A stretch of 64,000 nucleotides of DNA from Pirellulales bacterium (GCA_963733035.1 CAVTBU010000005.1:1792001-1856000); one strand, 5' to 3'. Shown: positions 1 through 11,085, counted from the first letter of the stretch. Notes: generated by a model from the letters alone, not told the origin. A program made the numbers and translations.

Positions 1-441
1 AGCGGGCAGACAAACGTCGGGCATTTGTGCCGAAGCCGATTTGGCAACGATGCCTACCTGATTGGGCAGGGCACCGACCATGGAACCGTGGCGGCGGCGT
101 CCAATTGGGACGAGCCTGTCGAGTTTATGCAAGTTCGCGCGGGGCATCCCGGGAGTGTCGAGCAGTTGTTTCACGACTCACGAGTCGAGGCATTCTCGTT
201 GCATCTTCGTGAACCTCGTCGACCGGCCGTCCGCGTCGAGATGGCCCAATCGCGACTCGAGCGCGCGATCGGCGTGATCTACCGTCCGCGCTCGGAGCTG
301 GCGAGTCATTATTTTCATGCCTTGCTTTCGCATCAGTTCGACGAATTCATTTGGTTCGATCGCACCAAGGCAGTCACGCCCACTAGCAACGACGATGCGC
401 GCCGTCTGCCGCCGGGCCATCCGTTCGCGCTCGATCGTTAA
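1..441 (+). CDS. Erythromycin esterase family protein, C-terminal part (truncated by window start)
   Basis: Frame 1 is open from base 1. The motifs GTDHGTVAAASNWDEP, LERAIGVIYRP..E..SHYF and QFDEFIWFDRT are typical of the C-terminus of this family. Confidence 0.8.
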   Translation, partial: SGQTNVGHLCRSRFGNDAYLIGQGTDHGTVAAASNWDEPVEFMQVRAGHPGSVEQLFHDSRVEAFSLHLREPRRPAVRVEMAQSRLERAIGVIYRPRSELASHYFHALLSHQFDEFIWFDRTKAVTPTSNDDARRLPPGHPFALDR

Positions 442-449
442 GACGACAA

Positions 450-1337
450 ATGCAACGGCACGTCGATCATGTGCTGACCCGCCTCGATTGGATGCGCAGC
501 GAGCGCATCTGGCCAAACGGATTGCGCTATCTTTGGACCGACGCTTTCGGTGTGACCCTGCTGGTGTCGTTGCACGACGCGCTAGTCGACGAAGCTTTTC
601 TCGATCAGGCCGAGCAGGTCGTGGCCGACGTGGACCGCGTGTTGGGGCGACCACTCGGGATCCGCATCGGCGAAGAGTCGGATCGGGACGGCCAGTACTA
701 TCACTATCTGGGCATGTGGCTATTCGCCCTCTGGCGGCTCGGGCAGCATCGCCCCGAGTACCATCGCAGCGCGATCGAACTGGCCCGCACGATCCACCCG
801 CGGTTCGTCGTCCCTGGCGTGGGCGTGCACTGGAAGATGCTCGAGGACCTGAGCGGCCCGTACCCAGGTTTTGGAATGGGGGCACTCGATGCCTTTCATG
901 GTCTGGTGGTTTATCGGCTGCTAGACGCACATGCGCTGGCCCGCGAGATTGCCGACATGAGTCGGATCGTGCAGCAGACGTTCTCGCAATTGCACGTGAC
1001 CCAGGACCTGGGGTTGGGCATGTTGCTCTGGATGTCGCACTTCTTTCCCAACGAAGTTTGGGCGGCGACGCTACGCGAGCGGTCGCTCACGATGCTCGAC
1101 TCGATGTGGATCGATCCACCGGGGTACTTCTGCCGCGAGCCGTACTTGCCGCACGTTTGCTTTGCCTTCACCAACTATGGAGTTTCGATCGGCCTGCAAG
1201 CCGTCGGCGCGAGTTCCGACCGCGTGGAGACTCTCAATCGCTATTTTGAAACCTACCGTTCCGGCGATGAGTACGACACCAACGCCATCACCCACGTGAT
1301 GGGGTGTTGCTCCTGGCTGCCGGGTTGCCTGTTGTAG
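450..1337 (+). CDS. Conserved hypothetical protein (RYLWTDAFG family; possibly an alpha/alpha-toroid, glycosidase-like fold)
   Basis: 295-aa ORF tightly spaced between neighbours, with motifs RYLWTDAFGV and DGQYYHYLGMWLFAL. The fold is an inference. Confidence 0.7.
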   Translation: MQRHVDHVLTRLDWMRSERIWPNGLRYLWTDAFGVTLLVSLHDALVDEAFLDQAEQVVADVDRVLGRPLGIRIGEESDRDGQYYHYLGMWLFALWRLGQHRPEYHRSAIELARTIHPRFVVPGVGVHWKMLEDLSGPYPGFGMGALDAFHGLVVYRLLDAHALAREIADMSRIVQQTFSQLHVTQDLGLGMLLWMSHFFPNEVWAATLRERSLTMLDSMWIDPPGYFCREPYLPHVCFAFTNYGVSIGLQAVGASSDRVETLNRYFETYRSGDEYDTNAITHVMGCCSWLPGCLL

Positions 1338-1347
1338 GGCACAGGTC

Positions 1348-2997
1348 ATGCAAAACAATGCAAGCGTAAAAGGCGGTTGGGCCTTCGCCCTGTGGGTTGC
1401 ATTGGCCGGTCTGGCCGGCCAGGTGCTCGGAACTGAGTCGGCCGCGACGCGGCCAGAAACGAACATCGTCACGCTCGAGGTGTTCGTGCGCAGCGACTCA
1501 AAGCATTCACAAGATGCCGTTGAATACGTCCGGCAGCTCGAAAAGCAACGAACGGGGCTGCACGTGGAGGTCCACGACGTGCTCGAGGACGATGCCGCGC
1601 GCGCTACGTTTTGGGAACTGGCCAAGAAGTTCAAGGCCAAGAAACCCGGACTGCCCGCGTTTTTTGCCTGCGATCGCGCGGGTTTCGGATTTGCCGATGC
1701 CGCGACAAGCGGCCGTTCAATCGAGAACTTGCTCACGATTCGAGCCTTCGTACGCGAAGGTTGTCCGCATTGCCAGGCCGCGAAGCGATTCTTGAAAGAG
1801 CTCGAGCAGCGCTGGCCGGCGATCCGTGTCGAGTTGAACGACGTAATTGCCGATCCCGCGGCGCACCGCAGAATGACCGCCCTGGCAAAACAATACGGGC
1901 AACATGTCGCGTCCTTGCCCGCAATCGAAATCTGCGGTCGCTTCCACATCGGGTACGACACCGACGCCACGAGCGGCGCGCGTCTCGAATCGATTCTCCG
2001 CAAAGCGAGCGACCCCCTGCGCGGAATTCAAGTACCAGACCACACACGCCAAGGCCGCCGGAAGCAGCGGGACCGCCAACTCGGACTGGACGCGACCCCC
2101 ATCCTTCAATTGGCGAGTATTCAGGTGGTTGGTATCGCGCCGATGCTCGTCGCCGCCGACGAACCACCGCCATTGCCTCCGGTTGTTGAAGACGATACCG
2201 AGGTGGTCGGACCGGTCGAAACTGCGCCCGGTCCGCAAGGGATTCAAGTGCCGTGGTTCGGCACGCTGTGGGTCGACGAGGTGGGAATGCCCGCGTTCAC
2301 GCTGGCGATCGGGCTGGTCGATGGGTTCAATCCATGTGCGATGTGGGTACTCGTGTTTCTGCTTTCGGTGCTGGTGAACGTTCGCAGTCGGGCGAAGATC
2401 CTCGCGATCGCCGGCACGTTTGTGCTGGTCAGTGGATTGGCGTACTTCGCGTTCATGGCCGCTTGGCTCAACGTATTTCTGCTCGTGGGTTTCCTGCGTC
2501 CGCTGCAAATAACATTGGGGCTGATGGCGATATTTATCGGCTTGATCAACGTGAAGGATTTCGTGGCCTTCAAGCAGGGGATATCGCTGTCGATTCCCGA
2601 ATCGGCCAAAGAGGGGATCTACGACCGCGTTCGCAAGATCGTGTCGGCGAAGTACCTTGGTGTGGCCGTGGCAATGGCCGTTGTTCTGGCAGTAGGTGTG
2701 AACATCGTCGAACTGTTGTGCACGGCGGGGTTACCGGCGCTGTACACACAAATCTTGACGCTGCAGAAACTACCCGGCTGGAAAAACTACGCCTATTTGG
2801 TGCTCTACAATGTGGCCTACATGTTCGACGACACGCTCATGTTGGCGGCGTTCGTCATCACGCTTTCGCACCGCAAAGTGCAAGAAAGGGAAGGGCGGTG
2901 GCTCAAGCTTGTCAGCGGTCTGGTAGTCCTGGCACTGGGAGTGGTGATGATCTTTCGACCGAGTTGGCTGCAACTTGCCGCCGCCCAGCCGCTCTAG
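1348..2997 (+). CDS. Glutaredoxin-like domains fused to a CcdA/cytochrome c biogenesis-like membrane domain
   Basis: Signal peptide, two redoxin-like repeats (the second has EGCPHC), then multiple TM helices with DGFNPCAMWV and ELLCTAG. Confidence 0.75.
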   Translation: MQNNASVKGGWAFALWVALAGLAGQVLGTESAATRPETNIVTLEVFVRSDSKHSQDAVEYVRQLEKQRTGLHVEVHDVLEDDAARATFWELAKKFKAKKPGLPAFFACDRAGFGFADAATSGRSIENLLTIRAFVREGCPHCQAAKRFLKELEQRWPAIRVELNDVIADPAAHRRMTALAKQYGQHVASLPAIEICGRFHIGYDTDATSGARLESILRKASDPLRGIQVPDHTRQGRRKQRDRQLGLDATPILQLASIQVVGIAPMLVAADEPPPLPPVVEDDTEVVGPVETAPGPQGIQVPWFGTLWVDEVGMPAFTLAIGLVDGFNPCAMWVLVFLLSVLVNVRSRAKILAIAGTFVLVSGLAYFAFMAAWLNVFLLVGFLRPLQITLGLMAIFIGLINVKDFVAFKQGISLSIPESAKEGIYDRVRKIVSAKYLGVAVAMAVVLAVGVNIVELLCTAGLPALYTQILTLQKLPGWKNYAYLVLYNVAYMFDDTLMLAAFVITLSHRKVQEREGRWLKLVSGLVVLALGVVMIFRPSWLQLAAAQPL

Positions 2998-3049
2998 TCA
3001 GCAAATGCCAAGGCTGTCAATACGAACGAATCGCGCCGCCTTTGCGCAA

Positions 3050-4438
3050 TTACTTGTCCACGACCACTTTCTCACCGTCGAAGATCTCCGACATGTTGCC
3101 GAGGATCACTTGCTCGGTACCGTCGAAGTTCTTCCAGTCGTTGCCGACTTTCTTGTTCAAGATTTCGACCCAATCGTCCGTGTGCACGCCGGTTTCCACG
3201 GGGATTTGAACGGCCTTGCCGTTTTCATAGAAATAGCAACACTCCTGGTTGCCGATTTCCGTAATCGTGGCCCTCGGCAACACCGTGGCGTTTTTGCGGT
3301 CGAAAATCACGCGGCCGTACGCATACATACCCGGTAGCAGGCGGGCGTCGGGATTATGCAAGTCAATTTCGGCCCGGAGCGTGCGGCTTTTGAAGTTCAA
3401 CGCCCACGACGATCGCGTCACTTCGCCCGGGATTTCATCGTCTTGAAATGCGGTAACCAGCACGCCACCCTTGGTCACTGTGCGTGGATCTCCGGAACGT
3501 TTCTCCACTTTGCTGACGATGTAGTTGGCGTCCTGCTCCGGAACGTCAACGTACACGCGCACCACGTCCGTTCGCGCGACAACGTAGATCGGCGTCGCTT
3601 CGGCCGCCGACTTATCGCCCGAGCGTGCCGCCGCCGAGGGATCGCCCGTCGCCGGCAGCACGAAGTCGCCAGTGTTGATATTGCGAAGCACCACGATGCC
3701 GTCGTACGGAGCCAACAACTTGGTATAGCTGAAGAGTGCTTCGACCCGTTTTAGATCCGCGTCGGCAACCTGCAGCCGGGCCTTGGCCACGTCGACATCG
3801 ACCCGGGCTTTGTCCAAGTCGGCGGTACGGGAGACCAGATCGGCCTCGGCCGTTTGCACGGCGGCTAGCGCCGCTGCCCGGCTGGCGATGCTGGCTTGCA
3901 GTTGCCGGGTGGACTCGTCGAGGATTTGCTCGTCGAGCACGTCCTCTTCGACGAGCTTCGTTTCGCGGCGAACTTCCGACTCCCAGCGTACGACCAGCGC
4001 TTCGGCCTGGCCGACGTTCGCCTTGGCCTCGGCCACCTGAGCGCGTGCCGCGGCAAGATTGCCTTGCGCCACCTCGACCAGTTTCTCGGACTGTCGCACC
4101 AGCGCCGTGTCCATCGCAACCTGGGACTTCTTGAGCGCGACTTCCTCCCGCAACTCGGGAATATAAAGCGTCGCTAACACCTGGTTCTTCTTGATGGGGT
4201 CGCCGATGTCCACGTTCCAACGAAGCACGTAGGCCGGCAATTTGGCGTAGATGGCCGTCTGTTCGTACGAATCGATGAATGAAGGCTGTCCGATCACGCG
4301 TTGGAGATCGCGCTTGCTGGTTTTCACCAGACTGACGTGCGGATCGGTGCTGAGCGGCTCTTTGGCCGGCAGCGGCTTGGCGCCGCAGCCCGAAGCTGCC
4401 AGAGGCAGTAACATTAACAGGAGACCAACATATCGCAT
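3050..4438 (-). CDS. RND efflux periplasmic adaptor (MFP), probable lipoprotein
   Basis: Lipobox-like ASGC, long coiled-coil hairpin, APYDGIV..RNI..GDFV, SRTLRAEIDL.NPD..LLPGMY. Confidence 0.9.
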   Translation of the reverse strand: MRYVGLLLMLLPLAASGCGAKPLPAKEPLSTDPHVSLVKTSKRDLQRVIGQPSFIDSYEQTAIYAKLPAYVLRWNVDIGDPIKKNQVLATLYIPELREEVALKKSQVAMDTALVRQSEKLVEVAQGNLAAARAQVAEAKANVGQAEALVVRWESEVRRETKLVEEDVLDEQILDESTRQLQASIASRAAALAAVQTAEADLVSRTADLDKARVDVDVAKARLQVADADLKRVEALFSYTKLLAPYDGIVVLRNINTGDFVLPATGDPSAAARSGDKSAAEATPIYVVARTDVVRVYVDVPEQDANYIVSKVEKRSGDPRTVTKGGVLVTAFQDDEIPGEVTRSSWALNFKSRTLRAEIDLHNPDARLLPGMYAYGRVIFDRKNATVLPRATITEIGNQECCYFYENGKAVQIPVETGVHTDDWVEILNKKVGNDWKNFDGTEQVILGNMSEIFDGEKVVVDK

Positions 4439-7400
4439 GACGCGTCCTCCTCGTGTGCGGAATGTTCGTCTGGGGCATCCTCCGGCGGATCGTAGTACGA
4501 GCTGTCACTGTCGTCGGGATGCACCGACATCGAGCGCCGCACCGAGGAGCCAAGCACCAGGGCAAAAACGGCCGGCACAATCGTCAGCGTGGCCAGCGTC
4601 GACATGATCAGGCCGCCAATCACGGCTCGGCCCAGCGGCGCCTGCATTTGGCTGCCCGCTTCCAGTGCCAGCGACATCGGAACCATGCCGACGGTCATCG
4701 CGCAGGCCGTCATCAAAATCGGCCGCAAGCGGTCGGCGGCGGCGCGCACCGCGGCTTTGTGCGGCAACATGCCCCCTTTCCAGTGTTCGTTGGCAAACGT
4801 GACCAGCATCACGGAGTTCGACACCGAAACGCCGATGCACATGATCGTGCCCATGAACGATTCGAGATTCAGCGTCGTGCCGGTGGCAAACAGCATCAGC
4901 ACCACCCCGGCCAACACGCACGGCACGGCGCTCACCGAGATGATCGCCAGTCGAGGCGATTCGAAATACGCGGTCAACAGCAGCAGAATCACCACCACGG
5001 CGATCGACAGACCGATGCCCAGCGCCTTGAACATGTCATCCATCGGCGTCAGCTGTCCGCGGGTCATCACCCGCACGCCCCGAGGCGCCTTGCCCGCACG
5101 GGCGACCGCCTTGGCCACCTGCCGCGAAGCGCTGCCCATATCCTCTCCCTCGACGTTGGCCGTGATGCTGATATAGCGCTGCGACGCCACGCGGTCGTAT
5201 TCGCCCGGCATCGTGCTTTCGCGAATGTCGGCCACGTCGCGCACCATCAGGTTGACGACGTTGTTGACTTGCTCGACCGGTAGCCGCGCCACTTGTTCCG
5301 ACGATGTCATCCGCTGGGTCGGCACGAGCACCTCGACCTGGTAATCAAAGCCCGTCGCCGGGTTCTTCCAGTAGTTCAGCGCAATGAATCGGCTGGACGA
5401 CGTGGCCACGATGGCCGCGTTGCCCACTTGCTGAACGGTAACGCCCGACAGGCCGGCCTTTTCGCGGTCGATGTCCACCTCGACCGTGGGATACTCGAGC
5501 GTTTGCTCGAAATCAACGTCGCGCAGATAAGGAATCTGGCACATCTCCTCCTTGATTCTCTGGGCATGACGGCGAGCCTCGTCCAGGTCGGGACTGGCCA
5601 CCACAATTTCAATCGGCGTGGGCGACCCAAAGCTCATCACCTCGGTGATGATGTTGCCCGGCTGAAAGCCAAACATCGAGCTCTCGGCGCGTTGTCGGGC
5701 AACCTCGGGCATGACCCCTTTCTTTTCCAGTACTTTGGCCAGCCAGGGGATGATCTTCTTGGGCAGCTCCTGGCGCATCCGCTCGCGGAAGGCGGCCAGG
5801 TCGATCTTCGCCTCGTCGCGAAAACGCATTCGCAGCCAGCCGTCGTCGGGACCGCGCATGAACAGTACGATGTTGTTCATGCCGAAGTTCGGGGCGATCT
5901 GACCGGCGTAGCCGATTGAGACTTTTACGTTCTCGGCGCCGACGGCCTCCTCCATGAGCTGCAGGATTTTGACGCCCATCTCGCGCGTGATTTCGTAGTT
6001 CGTGCCGCGCGGCGGCCGGTAGCGCAGCACGAACTCAGTGGAGTTGATCTGCGGAAACAACTCGGTGCCGGTGCGCGTGCCAATTTGCCACAGGACGATC
6101 GCGCAGAAGGCCACGTACGCGCCCACCACCAGGCGGCGATGGGTCACGTTGAACTCAACAATGCGTTCGAACGCCGCCTGAAAGCGGCCGAAGAATCCGC
6201 CGCCTTCGTCGTCGTGCGACTTGTGTTTGAGCAGCCACACGCAAACGATCGGCACCAGCGTGCTCGAGAGGATGTAGGACGAAATCATGGCGAATCCGAC
6301 GGCCAAGGCCAGCGGCATGAACAACGCCCGCATCGGGTCGACCATGATGAACGCCGGAATGAATACCGACAGAATACACAGCATCGCCAACAGCCGCGGC
6401 ACGGCGGTCTGCATGCTGCCTCGTTCGACTGCGCGCGAGAGCCGTTTCGTTTTCCCCATCTGCACGTGGATGTTTTCGATCGAGACCGTCGCCTCGTCGA
6501 CCAGCATACCGATCGCCAGCGCCATGCCGCCCAGCGACATGATGTTGATCGTGCCGCCCGTCAGCCAAAGTCCGGTCAGCGAGCCCGTCAGGGCCAGCGG
6601 GATATTGAGCACAACCACAACCACGCTGCGCACATCGCGCAGAAAGATCAGAATCATCAGGCCGGTCAGCGTTGCGCCAATCAGGCCTTCCGTGGCCACG
6701 CTATGAATCGCCGCCACGACCGTCGGCGACTCGTCGAACGCGTAGCTGATCTTGATGTCCTCGGGCACGGCGTCGGAGAACACCGGAAGCGATTTGTGAA
6801 TGTCGGCCACGACCGACAGCGTGGACGCGGTGCTTTTCTTGATGATCGGCAAAAACACGCTCGTCTTGCCGTTAACCAGCGCGCAGCCGTAGTTCACGTC
6901 GGTGCCGTCGGTGATCTTGGCCACGTCGCGAATGTAGACATTGCGTCCCATGCGGAGCGGAATCTTGCTGATCTCCTGGATATCGTCGACCAGCGCGTTG
7001 TTGGGCACCATCGGCATCTGGTCGCGGATATAGACGTTCCCGGCCGGAATGATCGCATTGCCGGTCATCAGCGCGTTGACGACGTCTTGCGGCATCAGGT
7101 TGTACGACTGCAGCTTCTGTGGGTCGACATTCACCAGAATCGTTCGCGCGTTCGGACCAAACGGCGAGACGGCCACCGTCCCCGGCACGTTCTGCTGCAC
7201 CAGCGGACGGATGATGTTCTGCGCATAGTCCGCCACCAGTCCCAGCGGCGTCTTCTTGCTTTCGAGCACCAGGTAGCCAACCGGCACGCTTCCCTCGTCC
7301 ATCCGCATCACCATCGGCGGCAACGTGCCAGGTGGCATGCGAGACATCGCGCGATTGGCCATCGCCACGACCGCCGATTCGGCCACGCCCATATCGGTGC

Positions 7401-7692
7401 CCGGAAAGAACGACAACTTGACCAGCGCCACTTGTTGAATGCTGCGAGACTCGATTTCCTTGACGCCGTCGACGTACTGAAACATCAACTCAAACTGGTT
7501 GACGATCAGGCCTTCCATCTGCCCGGGGCTCATGCCGCCGTACTGCAGAAAGACGTAGATCCGCGGCTCGTTGAGCGACGGAAAAATCTCGATCCGCATC
7601 CGCGTCAGGGCCAAGCTGCCGCCGGCTATCAGTCCGACCACCAGCGTGAGCGTGGTGATCGGGTGCTTCATCGCGAACCAGATTGGGTTCAT
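4414..7692 (-). CDS. RND efflux transporter permease subunit
   Basis: Likely start MNPIWFAMKHP at ATG 7692 (the ORF track extends to 8151). Motifs INIMSLGGMALAIGMLVDEA, RLRPILMT and APLGRAVIGGL. Confidence 0.92.
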   Translation of the reverse strand: MNPIWFAMKHPITTLTLVVGLIAGGSLALTRMRIEIFPSLNEPRIYVFLQYGGMSPGQMEGLIVNQFELMFQYVDGVKEIESRSIQQVALVKLSFFPGTDMGVAESAVVAMANRAMSRMPPGTLPPMVMRMDEGSVPVGYLVLESKKTPLGLVADYAQNIIRPLVQQNVPGTVAVSPFGPNARTILVNVDPQKLQSYNLMPQDVVNALMTGNAIIPAGNVYIRDQMPMVPNNALVDDIQEISKIPLRMGRNVYIRDVAKITDGTDVNYGCALVNGKTSVFLPIIKKSTASTLSVVADIHKSLPVFSDAVPEDIKISYAFDESPTVVAAIHSVATEGLIGATLTGLMILIFLRDVRSVVVVVLNIPLALTGSLTGLWLTGGTINIMSLGGMALAIGMLVDEATVSIENIHVQMGKTKRLSRAVERGSMQTAVPRLLAMLCILSVFIPAFIMVDPMRALFMPLALAVGFAMISSYILSSTLVPIVCVWLLKHKSHDDEGGGFFGRFQAAFERIVEFNVTHRRLVVGAYVAFCAIVLWQIGTRTGTELFPQINSTEFVLRYRPPRGTNYEITREMGVKILQLMEEAVGAENVKVSIGYAGQIAPNFGMNNIVLFMRGPDDGWLRMRFRDEAKIDLAAFRERMRQELPKKIIPWLAKVLEKKGVMPEVARQRAESSMFGFQPGNIITEVMSFGSPTPIEIVVASPDLDEARRHAQRIKEEMCQIPYLRDVDFEQTLEYPTVEVDIDREKAGLSGVTVQQVGNAAIVATSSSRFIALNYWKNPATGFDYQVEVLVPTQRMTSSEQVARLPVEQVNNVVNLMVRDVADIRESTMPGEYDRVASQRYISITANVEGEDMGSASRQVAKAVARAGKAPRGVRVMTRGQLTPMDDMFKALGIGLSIAVVVILLLLTAYFESPRLAIISVSAVPCVLAGVVLMLFATGTTLNLESFMGTIMCIGVSVSNSVMLVTFANEHWKGGMLPHKAAVRAAADRLRPILMTACAMTVGMVPMSLALEAGSQMQAPLGRAVIGGLIMSTLATLTIVPAVFALVLGSSVRRSMSVHPDDSDSSYYDPPEDAPDEHSAHEEDASCDMLVSC

Positions 7693-7982
7693 GGCGCTGG
7701 CAGGGTGGAGTCGGAGGGCGGGGAAAACCGGGGGATTTCGAGGGCATCCAACCGTACGAGGCGAAATAACGGGTGTCAATTTATCGAGACCCGGCAATTT
7801 GGGCGGAAATCGGTTTGGTTGTCGAATACTCCGAAACTCGCGGTTGTATGAATTGGTGCAGCGCCGCCGCGCTATGTCCCGATACTTTTCGCATAGGGCA
7901 GCTCTGAGTGCAGGGGTGCTATTTCTCTGGGAGACGAAAACCGCGACGAAGGTTTCCAGATGCCTGACTCCACGGCGGCAGT

Positions 7983-9722
7983 ATGCCAGGCCAGCCGCGG
8001 CGCCGGATATCGGCGCGCTTGCCGTCGCTTGGCGCACTCCTGGGATTCTGCAGGCTGCTAGCAGTCGTGGTGTTGCTTTCAGACGCCTCCACGACGGTCG
8101 CCCAATCGCCCCGAGCAACGATGCGAACTGCCGCGCTCGAACGCCTGCCACCCGTTCAAAGCATGCCCGAATTGGTCACCACGCCCGCGCCTGCTGAAGC
8201 TCAAATGCAGATGCCCGCGCAGGACTTCGCGCTTTCCGGCAGCGGATCCGTGCTCTCCGGTCCACGCCGCTCCGAGCCCGCGATCCGTCCTGCCTTCGCG
8301 ACGGTGCAGCCGACGGGCTCGGAGCAACCGCTGCCGATTAACCTGGCTACGGCCCTGCGGCTCTCGGACGCGCGGCCGCTGGTCGTGGCGGCAGCCGAGG
8401 CTCGAATCCAAATTGCCGCGGCCCGCTTGGAAAAGGCGGGCGTGCTGTGGTTGCCGAACATCAACGGAGGCTCTGCCTACATCAATCACACCGGCGGCAA
8501 CCAGGCTTTCACCGGCAACCTGGTTACGAATAGCACCAACTTCCTGTACGCCGGTGGTAGCCTGGAATTGCGGGTCGCGACCACCGACGCGATCTTCGAG
8601 CCGCTGGCCGCCCGCCAGGAACTGCGCGCCCGAAACATCGACCTGCAAACGGCTCGCAACGACGCCCTGCTGGCAACGGCCGAGGCGTACTTTACGGTCC
8701 AGCAGGCCCGTGGCTCGTATACCGCCATGCGCGACGCGGTCGCCAAATCGGCCGACCTGGTCAAGCGCGTCGAGAGTCTGGCCCGTGGCCTGGCTCCGCG
8801 TGACGAAATCTATCGGGCTCGCACGCTACACGCCGAGTTGGAAGAGGCAGCCGCGCTGGCCAAGCAGAAGTGGCAGGTGGCAAGCGCCCACTTGACGCGT
8901 GTGCTGCGGTTGAATCCCGCGGCGGTGGTCGTGCCGCTCGAGCCAGACTTCATGCAAGTTTCGCTGGTTTCTGGGCGAGCCAGTCTCGACGAGTTGATCC
9001 CGATCGGACTGACGAACCGGCCAGAGCTGGCGTCGCATCAGGCGGTCGTGCAGGCCACGTTGGCCCGGCTCAAGCAGGAACGGATGCGCCCGCTGATTCC
9101 CAGCCTCTTAGTGACCGGCAACGGCACGCCGGACTTCCTTTTCCAGGGCGGCGTATTCGGCACCGGCGGCAGCAGTGGTCTGAACCAGTGGGCCGGTCGT
9201 AGCGACATCAGTGCCCAGATCGTCTGGCGGATGGAAAATCTGGCCCTTGGCAACCAGGCGTTGATTCGCGAGCGGCGCGGCCAAATGAACCTGGCGATGG
9301 TCGAGTTGTTCGAAGTGCAAGACCGCGTGGCGGCCGAAGTGACCCAGGCCAAGGCGGACGTCGAATCGGCCACATTTCGCGTGGGTCAGGCCGAAAAAGG
9401 GCTCCACGAGGGGCTGGCGTCGTATGCCGGAAACCTGCGGGGGTTGGGCCAAACCACGCGCTTCAACGATTTGCTCACGCTGGTTAACCGGCCCCAGGAA
9501 GTGGTCGCCTCGCTGCAACAGCTCCAGCAGGCCTATATCAACTACTACGAGACCGTGGCCGATTTCAACCGTTCGCAATTCCGGCTGTTTTACGCGCTTG
9601 GTTTTCCGGCCCACATCTTGGCGTGCCAGCGACCGCCCGGAACGGTCGAGCCGGTCGATACCTCGCGACCAGGGTACATGCCGGCCGTCATGGCAGCCGA
9701 GCCCTGCGGATGCCCGCCCTGA
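7983..9722 (+). CDS. TolC-family outer membrane efflux protein
   Basis: Divergent from the RND genes. Helical repeats with A.EAYF.VQQA, NRPEL and YYETVADFNRSQFRL. Confidence 0.85.
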   Translation: MPGQPRRRISARLPSLGALLGFCRLLAVVVLLSDASTTVAQSPRATMRTAALERLPPVQSMPELVTTPAPAEAQMQMPAQDFALSGSGSVLSGPRRSEPAIRPAFATVQPTGSEQPLPINLATALRLSDARPLVVAAAEARIQIAAARLEKAGVLWLPNINGGSAYINHTGGNQAFTGNLVTNSTNFLYAGGSLELRVATTDAIFEPLAARQELRARNIDLQTARNDALLATAEAYFTVQQARGSYTAMRDAVAKSADLVKRVESLARGLAPRDEIYRARTLHAELEEAAALAKQKWQVASAHLTRVLRLNPAAVVVPLEPDFMQVSLVSGRASLDELIPIGLTNRPELASHQAVVQATLARLKQERMRPLIPSLLVTGNGTPDFLFQGGVFGTGGSSGLNQWAGRSDISAQIVWRMENLALGNQALIRERRGQMNLAMVELFEVQDRVAAEVTQAKADVESATFRVGQAEKGLHEGLASYAGNLRGLGQTTRFNDLLTLVNRPQEVVASLQQLQQAYINYYETVADFNRSQFRLFYALGFPAHILACQRPPGTVEPVDTSRPGYMPAVMAAEPCGCPP

Positions 9723-9956
9723 TGCCCCCGGCAGAGGTCGGGTGAGCGGTCCCGCAAGTCGATTGCCGCGTCGGGGTCCGGCGGCCGAAATCATACTCGA
9801 CGGAGCGGGGATGGACGGCTACAGTTGGGAGGAAACAATAGTAGAGTTGCGGTGTCGATGGATCGCAGCCGGCACCGGCGAGTTGGCCCCGATTTTCAAT
9901 AGTGCATTAGCTGCCCACCGGGCTTCCTTCCCGGCGGTAGAGCGTGAAACGGCATC

Positions 9957-11021
9957 GTGAATTCGAACCATCGTAAAAGCAGCGCCGCGCATCGCAACGG
10001 GCGCGGCCGAGGACCGGCTTGGGCCAAGCTGCCCGACGAAGAGCTGCTCAAGTTGCGGATCTGCGACCTTGGGCTGACGATCGAGGGCACCGTTCTGGAG
10101 GAGCGCACCGAGCGGCTTAGCGAAGAGCTGGAATATCGCGGCATACGCTTTCGGCCGCACTTCTGGTTGTCGGACGAATGGTTTTCGCCAGACGGCATAC
10201 CCGGCATCGCCATTCCGTTTTATTTGGCGCATCCACGATTGGCACGGCTCGAGCGAAAGCAGATGCTCGAAGTGGAAGGCGGCACCGAAGACTGGTGCCT
10301 GCGCATACTGCGTCACGAAGCGGGGCACGCGCTCGACACCGCTTATCGCTTGCATCGCCGCAAGCAGTATCGCAAGTTGTTCGGCAGCTACACGGCGCCC
10401 TATCCGGAACACTATCACCCGAAGCCGTATAGCAAGAACTACGTGCTGCACCTCGAACCTTCGTACGCGCAGGCGCATCCGGCCGAGGACTTTGCCGAAA
10501 CATTCGCGGTGTGGCTGCGTCCGCGGTCGCCGTGGCGCGCCACCTATCACGATTGGCCGGTCATTAAGAAACTCGAATATGTTGCCGAGTTGATGGATGA
10601 AATTCGCGGCGAGAAGCCGGTCGTATTCTCGCGCGAACACGTCGAACCGGTGCGCAAACTTCGCAAGACACTGGGTGAACACTACGCCAAACGTCGCGAT
10701 CAATACGGCATCAACTTGCCCAATCTATACGACCAGCATTTGCGTCGATTATTCTCCGATGCCGCGGCGTTTCCCGAGGCTCCCTCGGCCGCGTCATTCC
10801 TGCGACGCAACCGCGCCGAACTGCGCAAAACCGTCGCCCACTGGACGGGCGAGTATCAATACATTATTGATCAAGTGCTTGAGGAAATGATCGATCGGTG
10901 CGGAGAGCTCGATTTACGCATCGATCGGCCGGTTGATCAGGCCCAGCGCAACGCGCTCGTGCTGGTGACGGTGCAGACCATGAACTACCTGCACGGCGGA
11001 TATCACCGCGTTGCCCTGTAA
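9957..11021 (+). CDS. Putative zinc-binding metallopeptidase (zincin, HExxH)
   Basis: LRHEAGHALD zinc motif and downstream YAQAHPAEDFAETFAVW; GTG start. Confidence 0.8.
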   Translation: MNSNHRKSSAAHRNGRGRGPAWAKLPDEELLKLRICDLGLTIEGTVLEERTERLSEELEYRGIRFRPHFWLSDEWFSPDGIPGIAIPFYLAHPRLARLERKQMLEVEGGTEDWCLRILRHEAGHALDTAYRLHRRKQYRKLFGSYTAPYPEHYHPKPYSKNYVLHLEPSYAQAHPAEDFAETFAVWLRPRSPWRATYHDWPVIKKLEYVAELMDEIRGEKPVVFSREHVEPVRKLRKTLGEHYAKRRDQYGINLPNLYDQHLRRLFSDAAAFPEAPSAASFLRRNRAELRKTVAHWTGEYQYIIDQVLEEMIDRCGELDLRIDRPVDQAQRNALVLVTVQTMNYLHGGYHRVAL

Positions 11022-11085
11022 GCACGCGGATTTGCACGACATGCGGCTCACAAGGACGGGTGCCCTCTACACTCGATTACGCGCT

